Shown here: positions 38,797 through 49,461 of the stretch, piece by piece
Position numbering within the stretch: the first letter of the stretch is position 1
Layout of the letters: every line of letters starts with the position of its first letter
DNA from: Bacteroidota bacterium
GTDB lineage: Bacteria > Bacteroidota > Bacteroidia > AKYH767-A > 2013-40CM-41-45
Direction: 5' to 3'
DNA length: 64,000 nucleotides
NCBI GenBank assembly: GCA_003389385.1
Contig: QQVM01000009.1
Span: forward strand, 66,590 to 130,589
Notes under the pieces: model-generated
Database searches by the model: none
The model's input: only the letters and a program-made list of their open reading frames with translations
Told to the model about the DNA's origin: nothing
Made by a program: the position numbers and the translations under genes

Positions 38797-39315
38797 ATGA
38801 AAAAGAATTTTAACGGCATTATCCTGACAGGAATTTTATTTCTGATCATATCAGCCTCTTCAAACGCTCAGTACACAACAGCTGTTGGTGTTCGTGTGGG
38901 CAAGTTCGCATCCGGTTTGAATGTGAAACATTTTTTTGATACTAATGCCAATACCGGAGTGGAGCTTCAGCTTGGAGTGACACGCGAAGCGAAGGGTGGT
39001 TATATGTCAAAAGGATATTTTCTCAGGCAGATTCCGATTTTCGATTCAAAGCTTCAGATACCTGTTGATTTCATCTACGGAATTGGTGCACATGCAGGAT
39101 ACTTCAAGGAAAATTATTATCGCATCCGTGAAGGACAAGCCGATTACTATGAACCTAACACTATTTCAGCAGGTATTGATGCGGTGTTCGGACTGGAGTA
39201 TGATACCCGTCGATTTCCGATCAGCGTGGGAATTGATGTGAATCCCTTCTACAGTTTCCTGAATCCTGGCCCGGAATTCATTGACTTCGGTGTCAACATC
39301 CGAATGAAATTCTGA
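38797..39315 (+). CDS. Hypothetical small outer-membrane beta-barrel-like protein
   Basis: Start taken at MKKNFNGIILTGILFLIISASSNAQ. Alternating hydrophobic pattern with a terminal F. Confidence 0.65.
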   Translation: MKKNFNGIILTGILFLIISASSNAQYTTAVGVRVGKFASGLNVKHFFDTNANTGVELQLGVTREAKGGYMSKGYFLRQIPIFDSKLQIPVDFIYGIGAHAGYFKENYYRIREGQADYYEPNTISAGIDAVFGLEYDTRRFPISVGIDVNPFYSFLNPGPEFIDFGVNIRMKF

Positions 39316-39339
39316 TAAAAGAATCAGAAATAAGTCCTG

Positions 39340-40722
39340 TTAAAACTCTGCATTCTTCGGAGTGCGTGGGAATGGTATCACATCGCGGATGTTTGTCATT
39401 CCGGTGATGAATAACATCAGGCGCTCAAATCCGAGGCCAAATCCAGAGTGTACGCAGGCTCCGTATTTTCTGGTGTCAAGATACCACCAAAGTTCTTCTT
39501 CAGGAATATGCATTTCCTTAATCCTGCGTTGTAGTTTTTCGTAATTCTCTTCACGTTGCGAGCCGCCGATAATTTCACCGATCCATGGAAATAAAATATC
39601 CATCGCACGAACAGTATTCTCATCGTCGTTCTGTTTCATGTAAAAAGCCTTGATTGCTTTGGGATAATCAGTGAGAATAACAGGTCGTTTAAAGTGTTCG
39701 ACTAAATAATTCTCATGTTCTTTCTGAAGGTCTGTGCCCCAGCTTATAGGAAACTCGAATTTTTTTCCTGATGCCATGAGTACATCAACCGCTTTGGTGT
39801 ATGTGAGCCGCTCAAAAGGATTTTCAACTACGAATTTCAAACGATTGATAAGCTCTTTGTCGTACTGGTTGTTGAGAAATTCCAAATCTTCCATGCCATA
39901 CTCAAGAGCATACGAAACAAGATACTTCAGGAAATCCTCCGCCAGATCCATATTGTCTTTGATGTCATAGAAAGCCATCTCAGGTTCTATCATCCAGAAT
40001 TCTGCAAGGTGTCTGGGTGTATTTGAATTCTCTGCCCGGAAAGTGGGGCCGAAAGTATATACCTGACCAAGCGCCATGGCAGCTAACTCGCCTTCAAGCT
40101 GCCCACTTACTGTGAGATTGGTAGATTTCCCGAAAAAATCTTCTTTAAAATTAATATCTCCGTTTTCATCACGCGGAATATTATTCAGATCAAGAGTTGT
40201 GACACGAAACATTTCACCGGCACCTTCCGCATCAGAACCCGTGATGATAGGAGAATGCAAATAAAAGAAACCTCGATCATTAAAATATTTATGAATGGCG
40301 AATGACATGTGATGCCTTAGTCTGAACACTGCACCGAACGTGTTTGTACGCGGCCTCAGGTGAGCAATCTCACGCAGAAATTCCATCGAATGCCCTTTCT
40401 TCTGCAAAGGATAACTTTCATCCGCCGCGCCGAGAATTTCAATACTGTCAGCCTGAATCTCTACCTTCTGACCCTGGCCCTGAGATGGAACCAAAGTTCC
40501 GCTCACAGAAATACAGGCACCGGTAGTTACCTGCTTCAAAGTCTCTTCATCAAACTTGCCCAAGTCAGCAACGGCTTGAATGGAATGAATGATGGAGCCA
40601 TCATTGATTGCTATGAATGCAACCTGCTTGTTTCCTCTTTTGGTCCTAACCCAGCCTTTGACGCTGACCTCAATTCCTGTTTCTTTTGAATTTAATAAGT
40701 CGATTACTCTTGAAGCTTTCAT
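39340..40722 (-). CDS. asnS: Asparagine--tRNA ligase
   Basis: 460 aa. OB-fold N-terminus, class II motifs [21 protein letters not shown] and GFGLGFERL. Confidence 0.95.
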   Translation of the reverse strand: MKASRVIDLLNSKETGIEVSVKGWVRTKRGNKQVAFIAINDGSIIHSIQAVADLGKFDEETLKQVTTGACISVSGTLVPSQGQGQKVEIQADSIEILGAADESYPLQKKGHSMEFLREIAHLRPRTNTFGAVFRLRHHMSFAIHKYFNDRGFFYLHSPIITGSDAEGAGEMFRVTTLDLNNIPRDENGDINFKEDFFGKSTNLTVSGQLEGELAAMALGQVYTFGPTFRAENSNTPRHLAEFWMIEPEMAFYDIKDNMDLAEDFLKYLVSYALEYGMEDLEFLNNQYDKELINRLKFVVENPFERLTYTKAVDVLMASGKKFEFPISWGTDLQKEHENYLVEHFKRPVILTDYPKAIKAFYMKQNDDENTVRAMDILFPWIGEIIGGSQREENYEKLQRRIKEMHIPEEELWWYLDTRKYGACVHSGFGLGFERLMLFITGMTNIRDVIPFPRTPKNAEF

Positions 40723-40901
40723 TTTTTTCTATTGGAGCGCAAAAATGATAATTTAAAGGTGCTTGAACAAATACCTGCCTATAATCCTTTTAGGATCTGG
40801 GGAAGCTGATTAATAATATTGATACTTAAAATTCGTTTAATTCCGCTTATTCTGGTACTTGGCCTTGACAAAGGCTTATGGACTCGTCTTATGAATCTTG
40901 T

Positions 40902-40909
40902 TATCTTTG
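40902..40909 (+). promoter_or_regulatory. Candidate -7 box TAtcTTTG
   Basis: 10 nt upstream of the dxs ATG at 40920. Its position supports that start over 40878. Confidence 0.35.
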
Positions 40910-40919
40910 TAAACCTTCC

Positions 40920-42839
40920 ATGGAACAACACATTGGCAAATATTTAGAACAGATCAGCGTTCCGGCTGACCTGAGGAAAATTCCTGAGGCTGAACTGAAT
41001 GCGGTTTGCAAAGATTTACGCGACTATATCATTGATATTGTGTCTGTTAACGGAGGCCACTTTGGCGCATCACTGGGTGTGGTGGAGTTAACAGTAGCTC
41101 TTCACTACATTTTCAATACCCCTTATGACCAGCTTGTCTGGGATGTAGGGCATCAGGCTTACGGCCATAAAATCCTTACAGGGAGAAGGGATGTTTTTCA
41201 TACCAACAGGATTTATAAGGGAATAAGTGGTTTTCCAAAGAGGTCGGAAAGCGAGTACGACACCTTTGGTGTTGGACATTCTTCAACATCCATTTCTGCA
41301 GCTCTTGGGATGGCAGTAGCTTCTCGTCTTAAAAACGAAAAAGACAGGCAGCATATTGCTGTCATTGGAGATGGAGCAATGACTGCCGGACTTGCCTTTG
41401 AAGCATTGAATCACGCCGGAGTTGAAAGCTCAAACCTGCTTGTAATTCTCAATGACAATTGCATGAGCATCGATCCGAATGTCGGTGCGCTGAAAGAGTA
41501 TCTTACAGACATCACCACTTCACATACCTATAATAAAGTAAAGGATGAAGTATGGAAAATTTTGGGAAAGATCAGCAAGTTTGGTCCGAATGCCCAGGAG
41601 ATTGTTTCCAATATTGAAAACGCGATCAAGACTTCATTGCTGAAACAGAGCAATTTATTTGAATCACTTCGCTTCAGATATTTTGGTCCGGTTGACGGTC
41701 ATGATGTGAACCGACTGGTTAAAGTGCTGGGAGATCTAAAAGATATCTCTGGTCCCAAACTGCTGCACTGCCTTACAGTTAAAGGAAAAGGATACGATCT
41801 TGCTGAAAAGGATCAGACCAAATGGCATGCACCGGGATTGTTCGACAAAATCTCAGGAGAAATTTTCAAACCTGTTCAAAGTGGACCCAAACCTCCAAAG
41901 TATCAGGATGTGTTTGGACATACAATAGTTGAGCTTGCAGAAAAGAATCCGAAAATTGTCGGCATAACACCTGCAATGCCATCAGGCTGTTCTCTTAATA
42001 TCATGATGAAAGCTATGCCAGAAAGAGCTTTCGACGTAGGAATTGCAGAACAGCATGCTGTGACTTTTTCAGCAGGTCTCGCCACACAAGGACTTGTACC
42101 ATTTTGCAATATATACTCTTCATTCATGCAGAGAGGTTATGATCAGGTAATTCATGATGTGGCTCTGCAAAATCTGCATGTGATTTTTTGTCTCGATCGC
42201 GGAGGTCTTGCCGGCGCTGATGGGGCAACCCACCACGGTGCCTATGATCTTGCCTACATGCGTTGCATTCCGAACATGATTGTCACTGCTCCGATGAATG
42301 AGGAAGAGTTGAGAAATCTAATGTACACAGCCCAATTGGATGAAACAGCAGCTCCCTTCAGCATACGTTATCCACGCGGAAATGGCGTCATGACAGACTG
42401 GAAAACTCCTCTGAAGAAACTTGAAATCGGAAAAGGCAGAATGGTGCGTGACGGAGAAGAAGTCGCTATACTTACAATTGGCCATCCGGGAAACTTTGCT
42501 GTGGAAGCATGTAAAGAACTTTCACAGGAAGGTTTTTATCCTGCGCATTTTGATATGCGTTTTGTTAAACCTCTTGATAAGGATTTATTGTACATCATTC
42601 TTAATCGCTTCAAGAAAATCATCACTGTGGAAGATGGCTGCCTGATGGGCGGTTTTGGAAGCGCAGTTCTGGAATTCATCGCTGACCATAATTATTCAGC
42701 AAGTGTAAAACGTCTCGGCATTCCGGATGAATTTATCGAACACGGCGAGCAAAAGGAACTTTGGGCGGAATGTCATTTTGATGCGAAAGCTATTAAAAAT
42801 GCTGTAAGACAAATGGTTGGTGAAAGTGTATTTGTCTGA
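40920..42839 (+). CDS. dxs: 1-deoxy-D-xylulose-5-phosphate synthase
   Basis: Start taken at MEQHIGKYL (ATG at 40920; the longer ORF starts at 40878). GGHFGASLGVVELT, TPP motif GDGAMTAGLAFEALNHAG...LNDN, and GADGATHHG. A TAtcTTTG box lies 10 nt upstream. Confidence 0.95.
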   Translation: MEQHIGKYLEQISVPADLRKIPEAELNAVCKDLRDYIIDIVSVNGGHFGASLGVVELTVALHYIFNTPYDQLVWDVGHQAYGHKILTGRRDVFHTNRIYKGISGFPKRSESEYDTFGVGHSSTSISAALGMAVASRLKNEKDRQHIAVIGDGAMTAGLAFEALNHAGVESSNLLVILNDNCMSIDPNVGALKEYLTDITTSHTYNKVKDEVWKILGKISKFGPNAQEIVSNIENAIKTSLLKQSNLFESLRFRYFGPVDGHDVNRLVKVLGDLKDISGPKLLHCLTVKGKGYDLAEKDQTKWHAPGLFDKISGEIFKPVQSGPKPPKYQDVFGHTIVELAEKNPKIVGITPAMPSGCSLNIMMKAMPERAFDVGIAEQHAVTFSAGLATQGLVPFCNIYSSFMQRGYDQVIHDVALQNLHVIFCLDRGGLAGADGATHHGAYDLAYMRCIPNMIVTAPMNEEELRNLMYTAQLDETAAPFSIRYPRGNGVMTDWKTPLKKLEIGKGRMVRDGEEVAILTIGHPGNFAVEACKELSQEGFYPAHFDMRFVKPLDKDLLYIILNRFKKIITVEDGCLMGGFGSAVLEFIADHNYSASVKRLGIPDEFIEHGEQKELWAECHFDAKAIKNAVRQMVGESVFV

Positions 42840-42943
42840 TCTCCCTCTCAATTTCAAGTAATTTCTATGAATTTTTTCTGATTCTGTAAGAAACTGAGGC
42901 AAATTGTCCGGGCTTTTCTCATTGCTTCACGTACAACTGGGTA

Positions 42944-43315
42944 ATGAAAAAGACCATTTTATGCGCTTTGGCCGGAATTGCGTTTCAGGCCAGTATTATC
43001 TCAGACTCATTCGCACAGTCTAATGCGACAAACAAAGCCGGAAAGACAGACTTTGTTAAGTCTGCCGGAAAACAAGCTGAGCCGGGAACTTATCAGTTCA
43101 TCGTGAGTCAGCCGGATCCGGAAGAAGCATTCACAAACGACATTTTAGTCATCATTGAAAACATGCGAGACGAAAAGCATGACAAGATTATCGCGCTTTC
43201 GAATCATACAAAGGTTAAAATTCCTTCCAGGGCGGAAATCAGCCGTGCCGATTTCAAGCCATTGAAAGAAACCGTTTATGTTTCAGTTCCACAAAAACCG
43301 AATCAGTCGAAATGA
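42944..43315 (+). CDS. Hypothetical small secreted protein
   Basis: 123 aa. Signal peptide ends SFA|Q. The stop overlaps the next start (ATGA). Confidence 0.6.
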   Translation: MKKTILCALAGIAFQASIISDSFAQSNATNKAGKTDFVKSAGKQAEPGTYQFIVSQPDPEEAFTNDILVIIENMRDEKHDKIIALSNHTKVKIPSRAEISRADFKPLKETVYVSVPQKPNQSK

Positions 43316-44817
43316 AAAAGGTGTTTATTCTTCTGGGCATTTTTACTAGCCTCAGCATACATGTGCTCGCGCAAGTCGGTTCCACTTGCGCGAACCCGTA
43401 TATTATCTATCCAGCCACCAGTTCCAGTAACAATTGCGGAGCCCAATACTGTGGTTACATGCAATGCCCAACAGCCGACTGCTCTGGTTTTGTCACCATG
43501 AGCGGAAGTTCAGGTGGATTGAATCCTGCATGTACACCCGATAATGAAATCACTCAAAACGTGATGTGGATGGCGGTAACTGCCACCACAACAAGTTTCA
43601 CGATTGAAAATAAAAAAGCATACGTTGGGTCAGGCGCAAACAATGCCAACACAAAAGACTACGTGGTATATTCGGGAACATGCGGTTCGCTCACGCAGAT
43701 TGCATGCTATACGCTGGGGGGAAATGCGAATGCCACGGTTACCGGACTCACGGCCGGACAGGTATATTACATCATGGCATCACCATCGAGCTTAAACACT
43801 ACCGCAGATGCTATCAGTGTGGCCATTACAAGCACTGTAGGGTATACCCCGCCTGGGAATGCATGCGCTTCTGCTCCTGCATTAGTAACAAACACCACTT
43901 ATACACTTACAAATGCCGGTGCAACTGTCAATGGCCCGATCTGTTCAGGGTCTGTGGAGAACAATGTTTGGTATCAATGGTGTGCTCCTTCGAACTGGCC
44001 ATCCGGACAAGCGGCTTATGTGAGTGTATTCAATCAGATTTGCAACTCAAGTCAGGGACTTCAGTTAACAGTATGGAACACTAACTCAAGCTGTCCAGGC
44101 AGTGCTGCAAGCCCTACTTTGGTTTGCCAAAATCCGGGATCTACCACTCAATATTATTATCAATGGACTCCGACTGCCAATCAATGTTATTACATAACAA
44201 TTGACGGATACGCAGGAACTGCCTGCCAGTACCGGCTTACCGTGGGAAGTTTGATAGTTTTACCGATAGAACTCATTCGCTTTGATGCCAAGGTTCTCGG
44301 TAACAGCGTTCATTTGACCTGGGCTACCGCTTCTGAAATTAATAATCACTATTTCACCCTTGAGAAGAGCAAGGATGGGTCACGTTTTATTCCTTTGGCT
44401 GAGGTTCCGGGTGCAGGTAATAGCACGACGCTCAGGAATTATGCACACGAAGATCCTTTCCCGTTTTCTGGCGTGAACTATTACAGGATCAGGCAAACCG
44501 ACATGGACGGACAGTTCAGCTATTCCAGCATAATTGCCGTCAATGTAAAAGATAAAGGAAATGTTTTCAGTGCCTGGCAGAATACGGCCAGCGGTTCCGT
44601 TGGAGTGATTTATTTTTCTACTGAATCCACCATCGGCCGTCTCAGGATGATTGACATTAACGGCAGGCAGGTGTATAACATGGACTTACATATGGACACA
44701 GGAAGAAATGACTTCAAAATAGACCGCAAACTTTTCTCGGCAGGCGTATATGTTATCATTCTGGAAACCGAGGATGAAGTTATGCGCACCAGTCTTTCAC
44801 TGAGTGATGACCTTTAA
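43312..44817 (+). CDS. Cys-rich secreted protein with shared ~95-aa module and T9SS-like C-terminal domain
   Basis: 501 aa. Signal peptide ends VLA|Q. Module LPIELIRFDAKV...NYYRIRQTDMDGQFSYSSI is shared with the 49462-50850 product. C-terminal tail is RLRMIDINGRQV...GVYVIILE. Confidence 0.75.
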   Translation: MKKVFILLGIFTSLSIHVLAQVGSTCANPYIIYPATSSSNNCGAQYCGYMQCPTADCSGFVTMSGSSGGLNPACTPDNEITQNVMWMAVTATTTSFTIENKKAYVGSGANNANTKDYVVYSGTCGSLTQIACYTLGGNANATVTGLTAGQVYYIMASPSSLNTTADAISVAITSTVGYTPPGNACASAPALVTNTTYTLTNAGATVNGPICSGSVENNVWYQWCAPSNWPSGQAAYVSVFNQICNSSQGLQLTVWNTNSSCPGSAASPTLVCQNPGSTTQYYYQWTPTANQCYYITIDGYAGTACQYRLTVGSLIVLPIELIRFDAKVLGNSVHLTWATASEINNHYFTLEKSKDGSRFIPLAEVPGAGNSTTLRNYAHEDPFPFSGVNYYRIRQTDMDGQFSYSSIIAVNVKDKGNVFSAWQNTASGSVGVIYFSTESTIGRLRMIDINGRQVYNMDLHMDTGRNDFKIDRKLFSAGVYVIILETEDEVMRTSLSLSDDL

Positions 44818-44830
44818 TCTTTGCCTTTCT

Positions 44831-44838
44831 TATCTTTG
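44831..44838 (+). promoter_or_regulatory. Candidate -7 box TAtcTTTG
   Basis: 47 nt upstream of the GTG start of the sulfatase-like gene. Confidence 0.35.
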
Positions 44839-44885
44839 ACTGCGTGTAAAACGGAACTTTCCGTTGTTCGCAAAATAAGAGAAGA

Positions 44886-46736
44886 GTGAAGCAAAGAATC
44901 TGCAAATATTTTCGGCTGGTATTTTTTTATCTGATTATGTTCGCATTTTGGCGGGCATTCTTTCTGCTGATCAACAGCGGCAGAAATCAATTCGAAATTT
45001 CAGAAGCTCTGCTTTCTTTCCTGCACGGAGCAAGGATGGATTTGTCCCTCACGGCTTATCTGATGATTCCGCCGCTGCTGCATGAAATCCTTTCTTCATA
45101 CCTAAAAGTACCCAGGCTGAGGCCTCTCGCTTATGGCTATCATCTTCTCCTCATTGTACTGATCACATTTGTGTGTTCAGGAAACGTAATCATTTATCAT
45201 TACTGGGGCGGACTTATTAATTACAGAGCGGTTTCTTATCTCACAGATCCTGTGGAACTGATGAATTCACTCACGCCACTTACTCTGATCATTTTTGTGT
45301 TTGCATTCCTTCTGATCATATCGCTCAAAGCGTTTTCTCTGAAAAGATTTGTTTTTAAAGAGAAACCTGCAGGATCTGAAAGTACGAAGGTGTTTAAAAA
45401 AGTTTTTCTGCACCTCAGCACCTCAGCACTGCTCGTCCTGGCCATGCGTGGAGGCTGGCAGATGCTGCCCATGAACGAAAGTCTGGTGTATTTTTCCAAA
45501 AACAATTTCCTCAACCAGACTGCAATCAATCCTGTATGGCATCTCGCATATGAATTCAAGAATGCAGGATCGAAAGACAAGAACCCATTCCAAAAGTTCG
45601 ATGATGCTTTTGCAGACAGGATGACAGCCTATCTATTGTCTGATTCAGCGGGCACATGGCCTCAAGTGCTTGAAAAGAAGTTGCCAAATATTGTCATGAT
45701 CATGCTGGAAAGCCATTCTGCCGATGTGGTCTCTGCTCTCGGAGGTGAGGACATTTCTCCAAATCTCGATAAACTCATTGCCAATGGATTTTCATTCAGT
45801 GAAATTTATTCAAGCGGATCCAGAACCGACCAGGGAATTGTTTCCCTGATTAATGGCTGGCCCGCAACTCCTTATCACAGCATCATGAAGGCTACCGAAA
45901 AGTCAAACCAGCTTCCTTCATTGCTTAAACTCTTCGCTGATTCAGGATATGTAAGTTCTTTTTATTACGGTGGCGAAAGCAATTTCTCCAATATGAATGT
46001 CTACCTGCTTAACCAGGGTTTTGACAGGACGATTGACCGGCGAGATTTTCCATCTGGTACGCCATCCGGAAGATGGGGCGTGTATGACGAAGAACTTTTC
46101 AAAAGAATGAGTGATGATTTGGATAAAGAGAAGAGGCCATTCTTCTCCGTATTGCTTACTCTCAGCAATCATGAGCCTTTTGATGTGCCGGGGCCAAAAC
46201 GAATCGAAGGAAAAACGGAGCCGGACAAATTCCGTAATGCAGCTGCTTACACGGATGCATGCCTTGGTAAATTCTTTTTAGAAGCAAAAAACAAGGAATG
46301 GTTTAAGAACACTTTGTTCATCATTGCTGCTGACCACGGACATATTCTCCCTAAAGAACATAACGAAATCTGGCCTGAAAGCAAACACATACCCATGCTC
46401 TTCTACGGTGATCCTGTGCGGGAGGAATTCAGAGGGAAGAACAGCTCTAAGCTTGGCGGACATCATGATCTTCCCGCGACTTTGCTCGCGCAGCTCGGAA
46501 TTTCAGCAGAACGTTTCAGTTGGAGTAAAAATCTGTTATCAGAAGGAACAAAAGAGTTTGCCTATTTTCAGATAGAAAGCGTAATGGGCTGGAAGCAAAA
46601 GGGAGATTTTCTTGTGTATCTCTTTACCAATGAAACCATCCTCGTCGATCAGGTTAAAACCGAAAACAGGGACAGCATGCTGGTACGAAGCCAGGCTTTT
46701 TTACAAAAACTCTACGGAGAATATCTGGCTTACTGA
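44886..46736 (+). CDS. LTA-synthase-family / sulfatase-like (alkaline phosphatase superfamily) membrane protein
   Basis: 616 aa with a GTG start. Five N-terminal TM segments, then a sulfatase-fold domain (IVMIMLESHSAD, TLSNHEPF, IIAADHG). A TAtcTTTG box lies at 44831-44838. Confidence 0.8.
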   Translation: MKQRICKYFRLVFFYLIMFAFWRAFFLLINSGRNQFEISEALLSFLHGARMDLSLTAYLMIPPLLHEILSSYLKVPRLRPLAYGYHLLLIVLITFVCSGNVIIYHYWGGLINYRAVSYLTDPVELMNSLTPLTLIIFVFAFLLIISLKAFSLKRFVFKEKPAGSESTKVFKKVFLHLSTSALLVLAMRGGWQMLPMNESLVYFSKNNFLNQTAINPVWHLAYEFKNAGSKDKNPFQKFDDAFADRMTAYLLSDSAGTWPQVLEKKLPNIVMIMLESHSADVVSALGGEDISPNLDKLIANGFSFSEIYSSGSRTDQGIVSLINGWPATPYHSIMKATEKSNQLPSLLKLFADSGYVSSFYYGGESNFSNMNVYLLNQGFDRTIDRRDFPSGTPSGRWGVYDEELFKRMSDDLDKEKRPFFSVLLTLSNHEPFDVPGPKRIEGKTEPDKFRNAAAYTDACLGKFFLEAKNKEWFKNTLFIIAADHGHILPKEHNEIWPESKHIPMLFYGDPVREEFRGKNSSKLGGHHDLPATLLAQLGISAERFSWSKNLLSEGTKEFAYFQIESVMGWKQKGDFLVYLFTNETILVDQVKTENRDSMLVRSQAFLQKLYGEYLAY

Positions 46737-48074
46737 TCAGACGAGAGTGAAGCTCTCCATGAACTTGGTGGTGTAATTTCCCTTACGGAAATCTTCATTG
46801 CGCATCAGCTGCTGATGGAACGGGATTGTAGTCTTTATTCCTTCCACAACAAATTCACTCAAAGCTCTTTCCATGGTGTTGATCGCTTCTTCGCGTGTCT
46901 GCGCTACTGTGATCAACTTCGCAATCATGCTGTCGTAATTTGCAGGGATCACATACCCTGCGTAAATGTGAGAGTCGACTCTTACACCATGACCGCCCGG
47001 AACGTGAAGTGTGGTGATCCTTCCCGGTGAAGGCCTGAATCCGTTGTATGGATCTTCCGCATTGATACGGCATTCGATTGCATGTTGGTTCGGAAAATAA
47101 TTTTTTCCTGTAATCGGAATACCGGCAGCGATTTTGATTTGTTCCTTGATGAGATCGTAGTTGATCACTTCTTCAGTCACCGGATGCTCAACCTGGATAC
47201 GCGTGTTCATTTCCATGAAGTAGAAGTTTCTGTGTTTGTCAACAAGAAATTCTACAGTCCCGACACCTTCATACTTTACGGCAAGAGCTGCTTTAATAGC
47301 AGCGTCTCCCATTTTGTCGCGCAACTCTGAAGTCATAAACGGTGAAGGAGTCTCTTCCAAAAGTTTCTGGTGCCTTCTCTGAATGGAGCAGTCGCGCTCA
47401 CTCAGGTGACAAGCTTTTCCGAACTGATCCCCGGCAATCTGTATTTCAATGTGCCTTGGCTCTTCGATGTATTTTTCAAGATACATACCATCGTTGCCGA
47501 ATGCCGCAGCGGCTTCCTGTCTCGCGGAATTCCAGCTGTCTTCAAAATCTTCCTGCTTCCACACGATGCGCATTCCTTTTCCACCTCCGCCGGCAGTCGC
47601 TTTCAGGATGACCGGATATCCGATCTGCTTGGCGACTTTTAGTCCCGATTTGATATCAGTCAGTAGTCCGTCCGTACCTGGAATTGTCGGTACGCCGGCT
47701 TTCTTCATGGTATCTTTTGCATTCGACTTATCGCCCATGGCATCAATCTGCTCCGGTGTTGCGCCGATGAACTTGATTCCGTGTTGTGCGCATATTGCGC
47801 TGAACTTGGAATTCTCTGAGAGAAATCCGTATCCGGGATGAATTGCATCTGCATTGGTGATTTCCGCAGCGGAAATAAGTCTGGGTATGTTTAGGTATGA
47901 GTCCCTGCTAGGAGGAGGGCCAATGCATACTGCTTCGTCTGCAAAGCGAACGTGCAAACTGTCTTTGTCGGCGGTACTGTACACTGCCACCGTATTGATG
48001 CCCATTTCCTTGCAGGTACGAATGATCCTCAGGGCAATTTCGCCACGGTTGGCGATCAATATCTTTCTGAACAT
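46737..48074 (-). CDS. accC: Acetyl-CoA carboxylase, biotin carboxylase subunit
   Basis: 445 aa. [21 protein letters not shown]-grasp [22 protein letters not shown]. Confidence 0.96.
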   Translation of the reverse strand: MFRKILIANRGEIALRIIRTCKEMGINTVAVYSTADKDSLHVRFADEAVCIGPPPSRDSYLNIPRLISAAEITNADAIHPGYGFLSENSKFSAICAQHGIKFIGATPEQIDAMGDKSNAKDTMKKAGVPTIPGTDGLLTDIKSGLKVAKQIGYPVILKATAGGGGKGMRIVWKQEDFEDSWNSARQEAAAAFGNDGMYLEKYIEEPRHIEIQIAGDQFGKACHLSERDCSIQRRHQKLLEETPSPFMTSELRDKMGDAAIKAALAVKYEGVGTVEFLVDKHRNFYFMEMNTRIQVEHPVTEEVINYDLIKEQIKIAAGIPITGKNYFPNQHAIECRINAEDPYNGFRPSPGRITTLHVPGGHGVRVDSHIYAGYVIPANYDSMIAKLITVAQTREEAINTMERALSEFVVEGIKTTIPFHQQLMRNEDFRKGNYTTKFMESFTLV

Positions 48075-48141
48075 TATCTATGAAAATTTATCCGCAGATA
48101 CCGGAATTAAAAATATTCGTGACAATGCGCGGGAATGCGCA

Positions 48142-48699
48142 TCAGCTCGGATCAACCAGGAACAATGGCTGGTCATATTCCACAGGAGAGGCATTGTCTA
48201 CCAGCACTTTTACAATTTTACCGCTCACTTCCGATTCGATTTCATTGAAGAGTTTCATCGCTTCAATGATGCAAAGTACTTTGCCCGGCTTGATGTCGTC
48301 ACCCACATTCACCATTGGTGGCTTCTCCGGATTGGATGCACGGTAAAATGTTCCGATCATCGGAGATTTTATTGTCACGTATTTGCTTTCATCTTTCGCG
48401 CTATCTTTTGCAGGCGCAGGAGTTGCAGGTGCAGCTGCCGGAGCAACAGACTGAGCAGGGGCCGGTGCAGCTGCACTTTGCGGAACATGTACGACCTGAT
48501 GAACAGGTGCAGAAGCAAAGGATGCATGTGAAGTTTTAATTGTCAGGCGGAAATCTTTCTGCTCCAGACTGACTTCACTCACTCCGCTGTTTTGTACAAA
48601 CTTTATAAGACTTTCAATTTCTTTCAGGTTCATGGATGATTCCTTGGATTGAGGTTTAGCTTTTTCTTTCGAAACGGATTTGGAATTCCTCTTCTTCAT
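48142..48699 (-). CDS. accB: Acetyl-CoA carboxylase, biotin carboxyl carrier protein
   Basis: Biotinyl-lysine motif IEAMKLFNEIE and an Ala/Pro-rich linker. The start is uncertain: ATG at 48699 (Lys-rich extension) or ATG at 48633 (MNLKEIESLIKFV, the usual AccB N-terminus). Confidence 0.9.
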   Translation of the reverse strand: MKKRNSKSVSKEKAKPQSKESSMNLKEIESLIKFVQNSGVSEVSLEQKDFRLTIKTSHASFASAPVHQVVHVPQSAAAPAPAQSVAPAAAPATPAPAKDSAKDESKYVTIKSPMIGTFYRASNPEKPPMVNVGDDIKPGKVLCIIEAMKLFNEIESEVSGKIVKVLVDNASPVEYDQPLFLVDPS

Positions 48700-48749
48700 A
48701 TCTGATTTTTAGGCCTCTGGCGTTTTGAATAAAAAACACAGAAGGAATT

Positions 48750-48757
48750 CAAACCTA
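48750..48757 (-). promoter_or_regulatory. Candidate -7 box TAggTTTG (minus strand)
   Basis: caaaccta on the plus strand, 51 nt upstream of the accB ATG at 48699. Confidence 0.35.
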
Positions 48758-49461
48758 CATGAAATTTTAAAAAGCACAAAATATGGTAAAAAATATAAAG
48801 CCTTAATTCTCTGTCAATTCATCAATTTTTGATCGATTTTTAGACCGATTGATTAACTGACAAGATAAAAACGAATTGCGATTACTAAAAAACAGAGAAT
48901 AACCACTGAAGAAGCTCCTAGTCCGAAGTCCAAGTCCGAACTCTTCATAAACCCGCACTTCCTGCTCGAACTTTATATGATCTCTGGAATCTCCGTGCAA
49001 CCGGGATGTTTCTCACAGCCCTGAACCATTTTAATTCCTGAAGTTGTGAATCTTATACCGTTCAACTCAGCGTGAAACTAAGTAACAGTTCGAGTGAACA
49101 GGATAAATTTGAACTCTTAAAAAAAAAATCAACACCCTCCCATCATTACTTGAATTTAGTAGCTGCGTTAAACCTCAATCAAAGATATGGGAATAATGGA
49201 TCTTGAATTAAATATCAAAATCAGATTTATTCAAAGAGGATACATTGCTTCACACAATTTGTTCAAAATCTGTAAGATTTTATCTGTTTTTTATAACAAA
49301 TGTTACAAATTCATTTGAACCTTCAGTGTTTAGTTCCGTATTGAACATGAATGATTTGTGTTTATTTGAAAGCGAAAATTTCAGGTAAACAAACTTGATT
49401 ATTTGCTGAAAGTTTCAATTTAGCTTGATAATAAGGATGGGTATGTAACTCATATCCAAAC

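Noticed and set aside
47854-48531. 225-aa plus-strand ORF spanning the accC/accB junction
   Set aside because: It is antisense to two strongly supported housekeeping genes. Its Cys/Arg-rich composition is typical of reverse-frame artefacts.
48803-49000. 65-aa minus-strand ORF inside the accB-upstream gap
   Set aside because: It is low-complexity, has no start context or motif, and overlaps the short tandem gtccgaa repeats. It is probably non-coding.
49080-49105. GTTCGAGTG resembling a tRNA T-loop in the large intergenic gap
   Set aside because: The flanking bases do not form a T-stem (aacag against gaaca), and no acceptor or anticodon arms can be drawn.
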